NCBI GenBank assembly: GCA_026025075.1 | Contig: JAPEUI010000064.1 | Coordinates: 1-64,000, forward strand | Reading direction: 5' to 3' | DNA length: 64,000 nucleotides | Origin: Vezdaea acicularis | Taxonomy: Eukaryota | Part shown: positions 29,819 through 43,583 of the stretch, piece after piece | Numbering within the stretch: the stretch's first letter is position 1 | How the letters are laid out: each line of letters starts with the position of its first letter | The notes under the pieces: generated by a model | Database searches by the model: none | Told to the model about the DNA's origin: nothing | The model's input: the letters and a program-made list of their open reading frames with translations, nothing else | Position numbers and translations under genes: made by a program

Positions 29819-30235
29819 TGGAAGGAAGCAATCAATCATCCGTACGCCCCATCGCCGTGGCGACCCATTACCAATGGCAACTCCTAAGGGTGGTATGCTG
29901 TACAGGAAAGAAAAAGGGGGTATATCATCGTTTACTCGCATGAGTCCCCGCGGCAACTCGTTACCGACGGCAATTATGGCGCTGTGAAACTGTACACGTA
30001 GGGAGAAAAAAGGGGGTCGATCGTCGTTTGCGTACATGGGGTCGCCGCGCCGACTCGTTATCGACAGCAATCAACGTGCTGTGAAAGTGTACATGAAGAG
30101 AAAAAGGGGTCCGTCATTGTTTGCGTACATGGAGTTGCCGCGACGACTTGTTGCCGGGCGGCAACCGCAATTTTCTAGGGGTGTCGAAAAGGGAGAAAAT
30201 CGGTCGTCGATTGCGTATTCGTGCTGGGCCGGATA
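29819..30235. repeat. Degenerate tandem array, period ~95-96 bp, about 4.5 units
   Basis: Units start near 29905, 30001, 30097 and 30191 with GAGAAAAAGGGG..TCGTTTGCGTACATGG..GCCGCG..GACTCGTTA..GCAA..GCTGTGAAA.TGTACA; a more eroded unit lies at ~29819. Confidence 0.85.
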
Positions 30236-30303
30236 ATGTACAGAAATGGTTGCCGCGGCGATGTTGTCGTGAATAACGCAGGGTTTCCCTTTATACAAGC
30301 CCC

Positions 30304-32766
30304 TTATTGCGGGTGGGTGGCAGAATTAGTGTTGGTGCCAGGATTATCTCCACCTCTTTGTCCTGGGTTGGATGCAGAGCTGGATCCCGTGCCCCCACCA
30401 CCCAAACGAAACAATTCACTCCAGACATCTGTGGTACCTCGGAGGTAGTCGTTTTTCATGGCGTCTAGTCTCTTGTAGAGTTCTTCAGTTCTACTCAAAG
30501 CCTCTTTTATTTGATTGTTCATACGCAGATTCTCCGGGCCGGCTTGCTGGGACAAGTGTTGCTGAATCCTCATAATATCAATTCGATGCTTGTCGAGGTC
30601 CGCAAATACATTTGCCATTACGGGATTCTGCTGGTGAAGTTGACCCAGCATCTGGCGGACCATGTCGTCTGTCGTGAGGTTATTCATCCGTAACGTTAAC
30701 CCTTCGGTTAATCCTTTAAGAGTTCCTAGGGTTTGATTGATACGTCCATGTCCGTTACTAATTCCTCTAACTTGCTCCTCCAGGGTTGAATAGCGCTGAT
30801 TCCGGCTCTCCGTGGTCTGTCGCAAGTCGTGGAGGTCTGCGGCTTGAGCCTCGACTTTTCCCTTTATAAGATCATACATCTCACCGGGATTGTTCATATT
30901 GCCTTGAGCCGTTCCATTACTCGTAATTCTCTCCTCAAGCTTCGCAAAGGCAGCACGCAGTTCAACGAAGCCATCTTCGGTGTCATTACAGTGCTTCTCG
31001 AGGCTGTCAAGGACATATCGATTGTGGACTGTATCGGACACGGCCTTTTCAATTTCCCTGGAGATCTTTTCTTTTTTCTCCTCAAAGGTGTTGAGAAGCG
31101 CCTCGAAATTATTCAGGTCTTCGTCGAAGTTAGTCGAGCGCAGGACCAATTTCCCCACGGTGGTTTCCATGCTTGCCATAACGTCCAACAAGCTTTCACC
31201 CTTGCTGGCGTCTATGCCATTAGCCTTGACGTCGTTACTCAGCTCAGTCAGATCTTTCCTAACGACTTGAGCCTCTCGAGCAAGCTGGTCGCAATGCCCT
31301 TGTAACTTACTCACGCTCATGCGCAATGAGTAAACATCTCCCATATGGCCTTCGATCTTCTCTACTCGGTTCAGAAGATCCGGGTCGGCTTGCTTCACAG
31401 TGGAAACTGCTTTCCGAAGATCTCCGACTTTACTTGACATATTGTTGAATTTACCTTGCTGATCCTGCCTCAAGTTGTTGATCGACTCCTTCAGCGACTG
31501 CAACTGAGACATAAGTTCAGGAATTTGGCTTTGCTGTTGCTTCACCTCGATGATGGATTCATTAAGTTTCTGTATTTGAGAGGTATGCCGATATTCTAGT
31601 TCTTGCTTGAGGGCTGCAATCTGTTGGCTTTGGCCTGTGAAAGCAGCAGTGATGAGCGTTCCCGAGATCTCTTGGACAAGGACTCGAAGCTGCTCTTGGT
31701 CTCTGCCGACTGCAGCTTTAGCCGCTTCATCCGCAGCTTTGCTAAGATGCCGTCTATTTTGGGCCTCCTCGAGGAGTTGCGGGTCAAGGGTGCTTTTGCT
31801 CCGTTCAGTCGCGTCTTTTAGAATTTGAAACTCACGTTCCCTCTTGGAGATCTGATCCTTAGAACGGCCACGCATATAGGTGTGAGTTGTTGCATTAGCA
31901 ACGTGCTCGGTGAATTTCAGAAGCTGTGTTGAGATTTGGTCCATTAGATGAGGGGTTGTGAATTTTATCTGCTCTAGAGTTGTCACAGGTACCACAGACT
32001 CCGTCTCTTTCCCTAAGTTCACGTTCACAGGCCCATTTTGGTTGTCTGGTATGCCTGAGCTGGAGCTGGGTTTATCTAGCGTCTGACTTTTTGAATTTCG
32101 ACGATCAGCAGATGCGGGACGAGAGGTGATAGGTCCAATTGGCATTGGATAAATCTGACTGTGACTATTTGGAGGTGCATCTGAAGAGCTTATACGTGGC
32201 CCCTTTGGTGTAATCATAGCTACAGGAGGTTCAGTTGACCGATTATTCACTCTAGGGTCCCTTGAAGCTTCGACCGCTTTTTTATGTTCGTAAGGTTGCT
32301 GTCTGGGCGAGAAGGATCCATTTCGATTTCTTTCTGAGCTGTTACGTTGGTGAGACGGCACGTTGGAAGAAGCATTTTCGTCGCGATCACGAGGTGTCTG
32401 AGGTCGTTGGCTCCAAGTATCGCGGCGGGGAGAGCGCGAGCGTTGGTGACGGCGATCATTGTAGCTGTCCCTGCGAGGGGACCGAGATCTGCCATCTCTA
32501 TCAGGGCGGTATCCATCGCGTCCGGACCAATATCTTCCATGAGAACGATCGTTGTAGTTTCTAGAGCGAGACCCGTCGTCGTCCCGTGTTCCATCAGAGC
32601 CAGAGAGACCGCTACCACGGCGCTCATTTCGAGGAGATTGTACCAGAGGACCGTGCGGCATGAAGCTAGTAGTAGAATTTGGGCCGGTCGATGCTTTAGG
32701 TATTGGGGCGTCGATTATTTGACCATCCTCAATAGAGGACGGAGGGTTTGCCGTAGGATTGGACAT
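30304..32766 (-). CDS. Uncharacterised 820-aa protein: RS/RD-rich disordered N-terminus and long coiled-coil-like C-terminal half; single coding exon
   Basis: Uninterrupted 2.46-kb ORF; repeated RSRSPRRD; heptad-like L/E/Q/K composition; CAG directly before the ATG suggests a 5'UTR intron. Confidence 0.85.
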   Translation of the reverse strand: MSNPTANPPSSIEDGQIIDAPIPKASTGPNSTTSFMPHGPLVQSPRNERRGSGLSGSDGTRDDDGSRSRNYNDRSHGRYWSGRDGYRPDRDGRSRSPRRDSYNDRRHQRSRSPRRDTWSQRPQTPRDRDENASSNVPSHQRNSSERNRNGSFSPRQQPYEHKKAVEASRDPRVNNRSTEPPVAMITPKGPRISSSDAPPNSHSQIYPMPIGPITSRPASADRRNSKSQTLDKPSSSSGIPDNQNGPVNVNLGKETESVVPVTTLEQIKFTTPHLMDQISTQLLKFTEHVANATTHTYMRGRSKDQISKREREFQILKDATERSKSTLDPQLLEEAQNRRHLSKAADEAAKAAVGRDQEQLRVLVQEISGTLITAAFTGQSQQIAALKQELEYRHTSQIQKLNESIIEVKQQQSQIPELMSQLQSLKESINNLRQDQQGKFNNMSSKVGDLRKAVSTVKQADPDLLNRVEKIEGHMGDVYSLRMSVSKLQGHCDQLAREAQVVRKDLTELSNDVKANGIDASKGESLLDVMASMETTVGKLVLRSTNFDEDLNNFEALLNTFEEKKEKISREIEKAVSDTVHNRYVLDSLEKHCNDTEDGFVELRAAFAKLEERITSNGTAQGNMNNPGEMYDLIKGKVEAQAADLHDLRQTTESRNQRYSTLEEQVRGISNGHGRINQTLGTLKGLTEGLTLRMNNLTTDDMVRQMLGQLHQQNPVMANVFADLDKHRIDIMRIQQHLSQQAGPENLRMNNQIKEALSRTEELYKRLDAMKNDYLRGTTDVWSELFRLGGGGTGSSSASNPGQRGGDNPGTNTNSATHPQ

Positions 32767-33378
32767 CTGGGCAGGTACAGCAGTACGCTGTGAATGGTTT
32801 ATAGGTTTTGAGTATTGTCAAAGGACTAGATGCAATCAAAGTACGTCACCCGAATTCTTGGTCTAGTGAACAAGAAAGATGGTGGTGGGGCGGAAGAAGC
32901 AGAAGAAGAAAGCTGAAGAAAAAGCTGAAGAGCAAAGCTGTGTGCAGTCACACTTTGTGTTGCGAACCCTAGGGTCGGCCAGACGACGCCGGTCGAGAAC
33001 ACATGCTCTCAGACCCTGCGCTGCACCTACGCGACCTTCATAGCAATCTCCGTCAATGCCACAATCTTGAGCACGGCTTGTGGGTGCCTTTGCGATTCGC
33101 GTGCGTTTTTTGATACTCGTGCCACAACTAGCCCGCCAGTGACGCGAAGCGTTAAGTGCACGGCTGCCCACGTTAACGCACGCGAGCTTCGCTGCGGTGT
33201 AAGTCTAAGCTTGGGCCCTTCCTACAGGGCAACCTTACCCGCGCTCGCGCCTACGCGTCCTTACAATTCCACCAGGACACACGCGAAGAGCGCCCGCAAA
33301 ATAACTTTTTGCGATCAGTCCTCAGGAAACTGAGCCTACTCGACTACCAGCTGAGAACCCTCGTAGAGCTACGCAATC

Positions 33379-34958
<1,580 letters not shown>

Positions 34959-35223
34959 CAACATGTAAAACCGTTTCCATAATCTCATGGCGAAAAGGTT
35001 ATAGACAAAATGGGTTTATTTGTGTACTAGCTAAAGTATCCCTAGCCTCTTAAGGGCGATGGGGGTGTTTCACCATTGGATGGCAAAAAAATGTGAAAGA
35101 GAAATTATATCTGAGAAAAGTATTACGACTCAAGTTTGGTATCATTGAAAGAATGAGACTTCATGAGAAGTCACGATGAGAAAACGCTCCATTCGTCACT
35201 AGGCCCAGCCTATGATTCCTAAA

Positions 35224-36703
35224 TTACGCTGGGGTTTTGATTGGGCTTCCCTCGGACTCGATATTCCTGGTCATATGTTTCTTGTGGATAAGCCTAAATC
35301 CACCAACGAATATGAACAGTGCACCCAGAATCATCAGGAGGCCCAAGGTGACAAAAGCTCCAATAACCCCACCCACTGCAGCTGATACACCGCCACCGCT
35401 ATGTGAGCTCGCTGATGGCGTAGTTGGGGCAGGCGAAGCCGAGGATCCGCTACTTGCACAACTTCCAGTTGAGTTCCCACACCTCTGGCACCAAGTTCCT
35501 TGGTCGCCGACCGCGAACTTGTTCATTTCATCCTGGAAGGTGGGCCACGGCAACGCTGTTGCAGTCCCTCCAAAGAGTGGATACGTGACCGGAGTGCTCC
35601 CGTTAGTGGTAGTGCCGTTGTGGAACGTAAAGCGCACTTGAAGGTCAGATGCCGCTGGGAAAGGGTCTGTAGCTGCAGTAGTGAAGAGCTCGAAGGCCAT
35701 TGAGGAAGCATAGTCGGGGATGCCATAAAAGTCAGGATTGGCAGTAGGTAATTGAGCAAGACCCCAGAACGATAGGAAGCTTCCGTAGGCCCCGAATTGG
35801 ATGCTTATTTTGCTCTTTCCTTTCCCAGTGATTGTCGTGTTCAAGTGTGCCACGACCTGAGCCGCTAGTGTGGCCCCAGCAATAGCTCGGATAGGCTCAG
35901 CGCTGTTGTAGGCTAGGTTGAATTCATGGTTATCCGCAAGAGTTCGCAACTGAAAGAGGGTATCAGGAGTTAGGAGATCTGATGAGGAAATGGTGGAATT
36001 GTGGATGGAAGCAACGTTGATCTCGTCGAAGACTATAACAATCAGTGGTGCCAAGCCAAGGGTCTCACTTGCACCTACTTGCATATGCATTCTTAAAACT
36101 CATCTGGCTCGAATTGAACGTTCCATTGACTACCGGAGCCAACCCTGAATAGAATGGCTTTGTACTGTTCAAGAGATCCATATATTGCGCGGACGAGAAA
36201 TAGTTGTTGGACGAGACAATAGCATTAGTACACCCCGAGGAGCCCTGCAACCACACTGAGTTCTCCAGCCCCGCTCCAGTATCAGTCGTATAAACTGGAA
36301 TTTGTTGAGTACCACCTTGTGGTATATCCAAGACCGTGCCATTGCGTAGCGTTTGCGCTCCAGCCTGTCCACTTACGGGAGGGAATAGTGCCTGTAAGAA
36401 ATATAGGGCGCTGTTGAAAAGAACCGTATCCTCTGGCGCCTGGACATCAATTTGCGACTGCTTGACCACATCGGCACTCAGCCCAGCGATGTGTGAACTG
36501 GCCGAAGAGGCAATATATTTGTTGCGGTAATAAGTCCCACTCTCGTAGATCTGAGTGATACCCAGGTTGGTCAGGTTGGTAGGAGCATGGGACTTTGAAG
36601 TGCGATCGCCATGGCGAGAATAAAGATAAATACCAAGGATAGTCTCTCCAGCGTGTGCGACTGGCAAAAGCAACGCGGCAAGAAGGAGTTGATGCGCAAG
36701 CAT
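35224..36703 (-). CDS. Membrane-anchored histidine acid phosphatase superfamily protein; intron 36033-36078
   Basis: Signal peptide, RHGDRT motif, many N-x-S/T sequons, GIPDYASSMAFEL, Ser-rich stalk, C-terminal TM helix. Confidence 0.9.
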
Positions 36704-37393
36704 CGTTATGAATATACAAGAAATCAACGAGACGCGAATGTAAAAGTAACGATAAGTGGATTTGCGTCACAACAAATTCTTAGTCTACTAAGAATGGGAG
36801 CCAAGGGAACGGGATGAGGGGCACATGGAGTGAACTTAATGCTTCTCAATGGGGTCCGGAAGCGTTATCGGCGTTGGCTCATGATCAAACCTTTCTCCTC
36901 GGTATTCGCCCTGAACGTAGAGACACATCCATTACGCTCACCCCTCGGATGATAGGGCGACTTCCATTGGCAGTTGTAAACTGCGATAGTAGACGCTTAT
37001 CAGCGATGATGGACATGGCTCCGTACGAAATGCGTCTTCTAGCAGGGGGTATGAGTTGACCGTCCTCACATACACCCACCATGGAGATAGTAGCTCAACA
37101 TCGCTAACCCGAGTGCGGAAGTGAGCTGCACGTTTCCCCGCTTTGAACCCCTTGCGTTGGCTTTCCCTTCCGACCAGGTTTATCATCACAATGTTTTAGA
37201 GAATAAGATAGCCATTGTGGAAAGGTTATCGCTGTACAAGGTACCGTTCGTCAAAACTGCGATGCCATGGGTTCTTTAACCAGATTGCATAAAAGGCTTA
37301 AGTGGTGTACCGTGGTGATTACGTCGACCATAGCGGCCATAATACACAAGTCGTGATGTTGGACTAGGAAAGTTAAATATCATTATAAGTGCA

Positions 37394-38458
37394 ATGGCAC
37401 CGCAAAGCCGGGGTAAGAAAGACCGCCGCCGGCACGTTACGACGTACTCATCAACACCTGAACTTCTGACTCTCTCCAAGAACAAGCCTCTTACCATACC
37501 AAGCCCAGACCGTACCCCCACAGCTACATATCCCCCTATACCTCCGGGTAGCGAAGACTCCCAACCAGCCTCCGCTGAGGACCCCGACGAAGACGACGAG
37601 GCTGACTTCCAGTCGCATTACACGTTTGATGATGAGGGTAGCAATTCTGCAAGTCCCTCGGTGTCTGACGATGATGATGGAGGCCCGAGCTCTCGACGAT
37701 TGTCTCTTCCTCACGCGCAGTCCTCCTTCTCTGGTCCCAATGCCTTCGCGCCCCCCTTCTACGGTCGCCCTCCAACACCGCTCCCGCCCTCACCGTCCCT
37801 GACCTCGCTCCTACGACCCCCTTTCTCAACCACAACATCAAGGCCTACGACCCCTGATAGCTCGGATCAGGACACACCGAATGACACCGAAGCCGCTGTA
37901 GCGAAGTCCGCCCAGACGGCTACAACGGTCCCACGCGCCAGCCCGAAAGTGCCAACGTACGAATATTATGGCTTTATTCTATACCTTGCCTCGTCTCTGG
38001 CATTCCTTATATACCTGCTCTGGTCCTACTTACCCTCACCCTTTCTACACCAACTGGGGATCTACTACTATCCGAACCGTTGGTGGTCGCTAGCCATCCC
38101 AGCTTTCCTCGTCATGCTGATCGTGTATATTTACGTGGCGCTCGCAAGCTACAATACCAGCTACTTGACGCTGCCCATGAACAGTATCGAGAACATCGTG
38201 GACGAAGCAGCGCATGTCGCTGCTATCGATGGCAAAGGGAAGGTCAAGAAGATGCTGAAGGGGAAAATGAAAGGTGGGGTTGGGGTTGAGGGGATGGAAA
38301 AAGTTGAGTGGAGAAGGCTGTGGAATGAAGGTACTGATGCAGTTATGGATATCCCTGTGGGTGGTATTTGCGAGATGCTTTATGGAGAGGGGAGGGTGGA
38401 GCAAGAGCATCAACAAGGCATAACAGACTCTCTATCCGGAGTGGATAGGAGTGATTGA
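37394..38458 (+). CDS. GPI19: PIG-P/Gpi19 subunit of GPI-GlcNAc transferase with long N-terminal extension
   Basis: EYYGFILY..YLLWSYLP..LGIYYYPNRWWSLAIP, two TM helices, DAVMDIPVG. Confidence 0.9.
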   Translation: MAPQSRGKKDRRRHVTTYSSTPELLTLSKNKPLTIPSPDRTPTATYPPIPPGSEDSQPASAEDPDEDDEADFQSHYTFDDEGSNSASPSVSDDDDGGPSSRRLSLPHAQSSFSGPNAFAPPFYGRPPTPLPPSPSLTSLLRPPFSTTTSRPTTPDSSDQDTPNDTEAAVAKSAQTATTVPRASPKVPTYEYYGFILYLASSLAFLIYLLWSYLPSPFLHQLGIYYYPNRWWSLAIPAFLVMLIVYIYVALASYNTSYLTLPMNSIENIVDEAAHVAAIDGKGKVKKMLKGKMKGGVGVEGMEKVEWRRLWNEGTDAVMDIPVGGICEMLYGEGRVEQEHQQGITDSLSGVDRSD

Positions 38459-39051
38459 TACCCCGCGTTGGAGTTCTTTATCTTCGCAAGGTATTGGCTA
38501 GCGAGGAGCCAAAGTTCAGAACAGCAAATATCCAATCCATGGTACATAGAGTCGTTCATGTTGTTAAGGCAGAGGGAAGTCCCAACTTGATCTTGATGCT
38601 TTGAAGCCGTAGCCCAAGCCGGAGTATGTAGCAGTATAGGCCCCCTCACCCTCATCCCCCATACATATATTCTGTTTCGAGGCTAAGGTAATGTCACACT
38701 CGTAACCGGTAGCTAAAGCCAGGAGTTAAATGGTATCTTCAATAGGTAATCCGAATCATAGGCTACATAACACGCTTCTCCCAACCCTCTTCTGTTGTAA
38801 ACAGCGCTCCATGACAGCGAAAATTGTACATGAACTCAGCCCGATCATGCCCCACGGAGCTTTTTCAGGAGTCCCCAAGGGATCCTGCAACCCAAGACAC
38901 AGGAGATAGGCCGCTTGCCATGCAACGAACCATATCGAACTTTGATACGAAACCAGGGCCGATCTGATGAGCCCATTGATGCATCCACAAAATGCCCATT
39001 CTACAGCCATACCCAGCGATGCGAAGGAAAACACTTTCAACATTGCTTCTT

Positions 39052-41793
39052 TCATCTTGCGAAGACCTTGACCGCTCCGTCACCCCCTGCGCTGACAACC
39101 CATCGGCCGTCCTGGCTCCAAACGACGGCGCAGACACCTTCGCCGCGCATGGGACGGTGGCTGTTAATATCTTGAGTACAGCTTCGCTTCTCGAGAGACC
39201 AGAAGCGCAGACTAGCATCGTGCCCCGCAGAAACAAGCTCACGCCCATCCGGAGAGAGAGAAAGTGACGATATGGCCGAAGGGTGTGCAAGCATGTTGTA
39301 CGTGCATTGACCTATGGCTTAACTTAGATTAAATGGTATACGGAGGGAAACAGGAATTTCATACCACTGTTGGCGTCAAAGAACCGTATATAGCTGTCTT
39401 CGTGTCCACTTATTATAGTACCCTCAACTCCACCGCTGGAGCCAGTGGGCCCGTGGATAACACTTTCGTCTTCCGATACACCTCGGCCGGCGTCAAGGCT
39501 CAAGGAGCCATCTAGTCCAACAGTCGTAGCCACAACTGAGTTCACACCAGTACTCGACGTGTTGTCATACGTTTCTAGACTAGCCATACCCACCACTTCT
39601 TCGCTAGTCCGGGTATCAAACACAACAACGGATGCATCAGTATATGAGACAACGAAGGTACCACCAGTTGCGGATAGGGGCGCTATACAGGTTGGAGAGG
39701 CGTCGTGATTAGGCCTGGAAATTGTATGGACTAAGGTGTGCTTGAAAGGGGTTGGCGTTGCCGTGCTTGGCTGAGGAGAGGAAGGGAAACCAGACCCCGA
39801 TGAGACGGAGTGCCTGCGGCTCCCGCCGACACCTCTTCTTGATCCAGATTGGGGGGAGGATAATTGAGGGGGTGCACTAACAGACCAGATCTTTACAGTT
39901 CCGTCGGCCGACCCTGAAGCCAGAAGCACTCTCTCCGGTCCTCCATAGCGATGAGCTTCACTTCCAAAGACGGACCCACATGTGCCAGGAAGAACGCAGA
40001 TTGCCCAGACGCAATCGCTATGGCCGTCCATAGTGGCCTTGGAATCGACGCGTCCACGCTCCCACACTCGAACTGTTGCATCCTCGCCCCCTGAGAATAT
40101 CCAGCCATCTCCTAATGCTCTTCCTCCACTTGAGAAACTTGATGAAGAGGGGCAGGCAGCGAGGCAGGTAACAATGCCGTCATGGCCGCGGTGTGTAAAA
40201 TAACTCTGTATATCCAGATCGTTGCTGTTGGTCGGACCATGCGAGCCAAAATTCTGGTATGAGGCTGGTATTATCCATCTCTTGATGAGACCGTCATCGC
40301 CTGTCGTACAAATCTCAGGTTCTGAAGGGCTGCCTCCGCCTGTGAAGATAACTGATCGGACCACATCTAAGTGACCGCGGAGAGCAAAGCGGACCTTGAA
40401 GTGCGCAGAATCTGCCTTAACGAGGCCCGTATCTCGCACTTCATGTGAGCCGTCACTTCTCCGTCGAGACATCGACCCCTTCCTTCTATGTCCACCGGGA
40501 CTTAGTCGAGATGGAGACTTCGCTGCTATGTGGTTTGCATTCGGAAAGAGATCGGTGTCTGGCCTTTGAGGCAAGGTCTCCGGCTCTGGGGCTGGTGCTC
40601 TTGGCGCATCTTCAAAATCCCATCCATCGGGATCAATATTTCCTTGAATTTCGGGGTTTCGCGCGCCGTTGCTACCGTCATCTTGCCTCGTCAAGATAGG
40701 CTTTCCAAACGAGTCATAGCTATGGGTGACCTTTTCTACCGAGTCGTCGGAGGGCAATGGAAAACTACTCGCTGGATGAGACTGGGATGAACCCATCCCC
40801 TTCGGTAAATCTAGTGGAAAACCTGATGGAACAGAATCTTCATCATACACGTTCCGAGCCATTTGAGAGGAGTGATGTTGCTGGTTCATTTGATGTTGGA
40901 CGCTCGTGGTTTCAGACATTGATGGTACGGGGGGGGGTTGATGATTCGGAGATGGAGACGGTTGAGCAAATTGCATGCCAGCTTGTTGATTTTCCTGAAT
41001 GCGCTGCTGCATATATGCTTCTTTGAGACTCTGTGGCTGATTTGACGGCGCGGCAAAGCCGTGGACATTAGCGTACTCCTGAGGATTCAGCTGAGTCGGC
41101 TGCGGAGGCGGATTCGCCGGAGGTGTCAAAAGGTAAGTTATCTCTTGTATCGACTTTTCGAGATATCCGTGAGATTGTTGGCGGCCGCCATCGCGTCGAA
41201 GCTGAGCAGGGTCCTCAGCAGCAGCCTCAAGAGCAGTATCGCGTGGTTTTCCTAATAAAGAGTTCAGCACATTGAGACTGTCTTTGTTGCAAAACATTAT
41301 AATGATTCGAATGAGCCTACCCTTGATTGCTAGTGCAGTGGTTTCCCTGACAGACTCGCCTTTATCGCCTTCTACCGCGCTCTTTTCCGGTACCGTAGCT
41401 TTCAGCTTGTTTCGCTCATTCTTCAACGCAGCTTCCAGCATTTGTATATGGCGAGACAAAGATTCCTGCATCTTTTTACCAGTGCGATTATCCCCCTCAT
41501 GCCGTGCTATCTTGGCCTTCATCTCCGCTCTTTCGATCTCCCAAGCGTTGCGGTCTCGCTCATGCCGGTGCCATTCTGTTTGGAGGAAGCGCATAACACC
41601 TAAATGTATCCCATCAGACACAAAAACAATATAGAACTGGCGACCGCAATGGCATCTCAGCGCGAGAGACTACTGGAAGCTTACCTTGCAGTGTATACTC
41701 CGTCCCCTGTGGTTGTCCGCCGCTAGTATTATTGTCTCCATTACCTCCACCTCCACCATTCCCGCCCATTGCGGACGGAGACTGCCAGGCCAT
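39052..41793 (-). CDS. PRO11: Striatin (STRIPAK scaffold, Pro11/StrA/Far8); 4 exons
   Basis: [37 protein letters not shown] striatin N-terminus plus C-terminal WD40 repeats ([21 protein letters not shown]). Confidence 0.96.
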
Positions 41794-42302
41794 CCAAGCC
41801 CCCAGCCCCCAACCGTGTCTTGAACCTTCCTGGCCGTGATTTATGGTGCGCTCTCCGTCCGCTTAGCTGGAGGTCCGGGTCAAAGTATTAGGGGTGCAAG
41901 AAGCGGCGTGGAGCTGCACGGTCGCGGGACGAAAGGAGCGTAGGGAATGAGCAACAAAGGTAAGCAAACGCATAAAGTATACAATATCAAACGAAAAACT
42001 CGTATACCTATACGGAGGTCCGAATCAGAAGGGTTGAAGAAGAGGAAACAGGCCGCGCATGAGACTCTGGCCGAAGCTGCAATGAGATCGTTTTCGCTCA
42101 CGGCCAAGTAGGCGCTTCTACGGACACTGAGTTGGCTCGCTTGCTAGGGGTGCTTGTTTCGGCCATTCGCGTAATCTTACCTGTGGAAGGGATCAAGTTG
42201 CATTCGCATGGAGCTTCGAAATACAACACTACAGCACACTGCCCCTTGTCACGGATCGGAAACACAGCTTTGAAGAATCTCATTCACTGGCAATACCAGG
42301 TG

Positions 42303-43583
42303 CTATAATTCTACCTCTTCGACCTCCAATCCACATTCTACGCAACGTTTCGTGCCCATACCTGTAGCCAGGTCTGTTACGGTTGTCCCCCACTCATGCT
42401 GATGCTTTCCAACTCTGCCTACTGCATCTCCGAATTCTCCTCCAGTAGCATCCCTGTTCCTCCGCCATGCTTCTGTCCTCGTGCGCTTTTTGAGATCTTG
42501 TAATTTCGTCTTGAACTTCTTCTCCTTTCGCATTTTCTTTTCGCTTTCCCTCTTTGCGAAAGCTTCATCAAGTGCTTCAGGCGATCCCCATTTCTTATCC
42601 GAAAAGGCGTACTCCTCAACTTGATACCGCAGGTAGAGCATCATATTATTCCATGATGATTTATGGGGGTTGGGTCTCTCCAGATGTGGTAGTAAGTCCA
42701 CATCCTTGAGCTCAGCTTTTTGATGAGGTCAGCGCGTGGGACCCTCAGGGAACTAGTCCGCATGAAAACTTACGATCCGTAAGGAGATAATCCTCCCTAG
42801 CCTCTGTTTTCGTTAGGAGGCTATATTTCTCGGGATATTTCTCTTTACAAGCTGAACAGACTAGACAACTGAAGACTTCCTCCCATTTCCAGTCCACCTC
42901 CAAAGATCCGCATTCTCTACATACCATGTTCTCTGTTTCCTTCTTCAAGACACTTATGCCAGGTTCGAAAGGTCCAGCCTTCTGATTCCTCAACGATCTT
43001 AACAGTTGGTGCCTTTCCCACTCCTCCAACGTCATGTGTGCTGGCTTCTCTTCCGTGGGCGCGTGTAGCGCTTTATTATACGGGTCGTCCTCCACAGTCA
43101 AGAAGCCACCCTTCGTATCAGTCATCTTGCTAAAGTCATACTCTACGAACTTAGAGAACTTCTGAGCTGGTCGAATATCGTCCATAGGCCTCTTTCTCTT
43201 TCCTCCGTCTTCAACTTCCTGGTTCGTACGACCATCTCGTAGAGTTGTGGGTGCATCAACGACCGCCCTCGCACTGTAGCGAACATTTTGAGATTCTCCA
43301 GAAGCTCTGATCCCATTTCCGGCACTTGCACCAGTTATGAATCCACTTGGTGTCCTTCCCAGCCTTGCAGAATTATTAGAACGTTGAGCTTCTGCTTCCT
43401 TCTGCTCCCGTATCGCTTTTGCTTTGAGCCGATTTGTCTCCTTTCACAGGTTTTAGCAGGACAAGTCGATAATACGCCAATGGGGCTACTCACAATCCTC
43501 CGCATCTGTTCGGGGGTCAGTGGGGGCCGCTCGCCGTCAGCAGCCCGCCTAGGCGGAGGCGTCGTGGGTCTTCCGATTTCCAT
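42303..43583 (-). CDS. RAD14: XPA/Rad14 nucleotide excision repair protein; 3 exons
   Basis: YDFSKMTDTKGGF, C4 zinc finger CREC..CSAC, YSLLTKTEAREDYLLTD, RPNPHK, KKWGSPEALD, terminal CVECG. Confidence 0.96.

Noticed and set aside
29819..30235. CRISPR interpretation of the ~96-bp array
   Set aside because: Similarity spans the whole unit with no unique spacers; eukaryotic context; no cas genes
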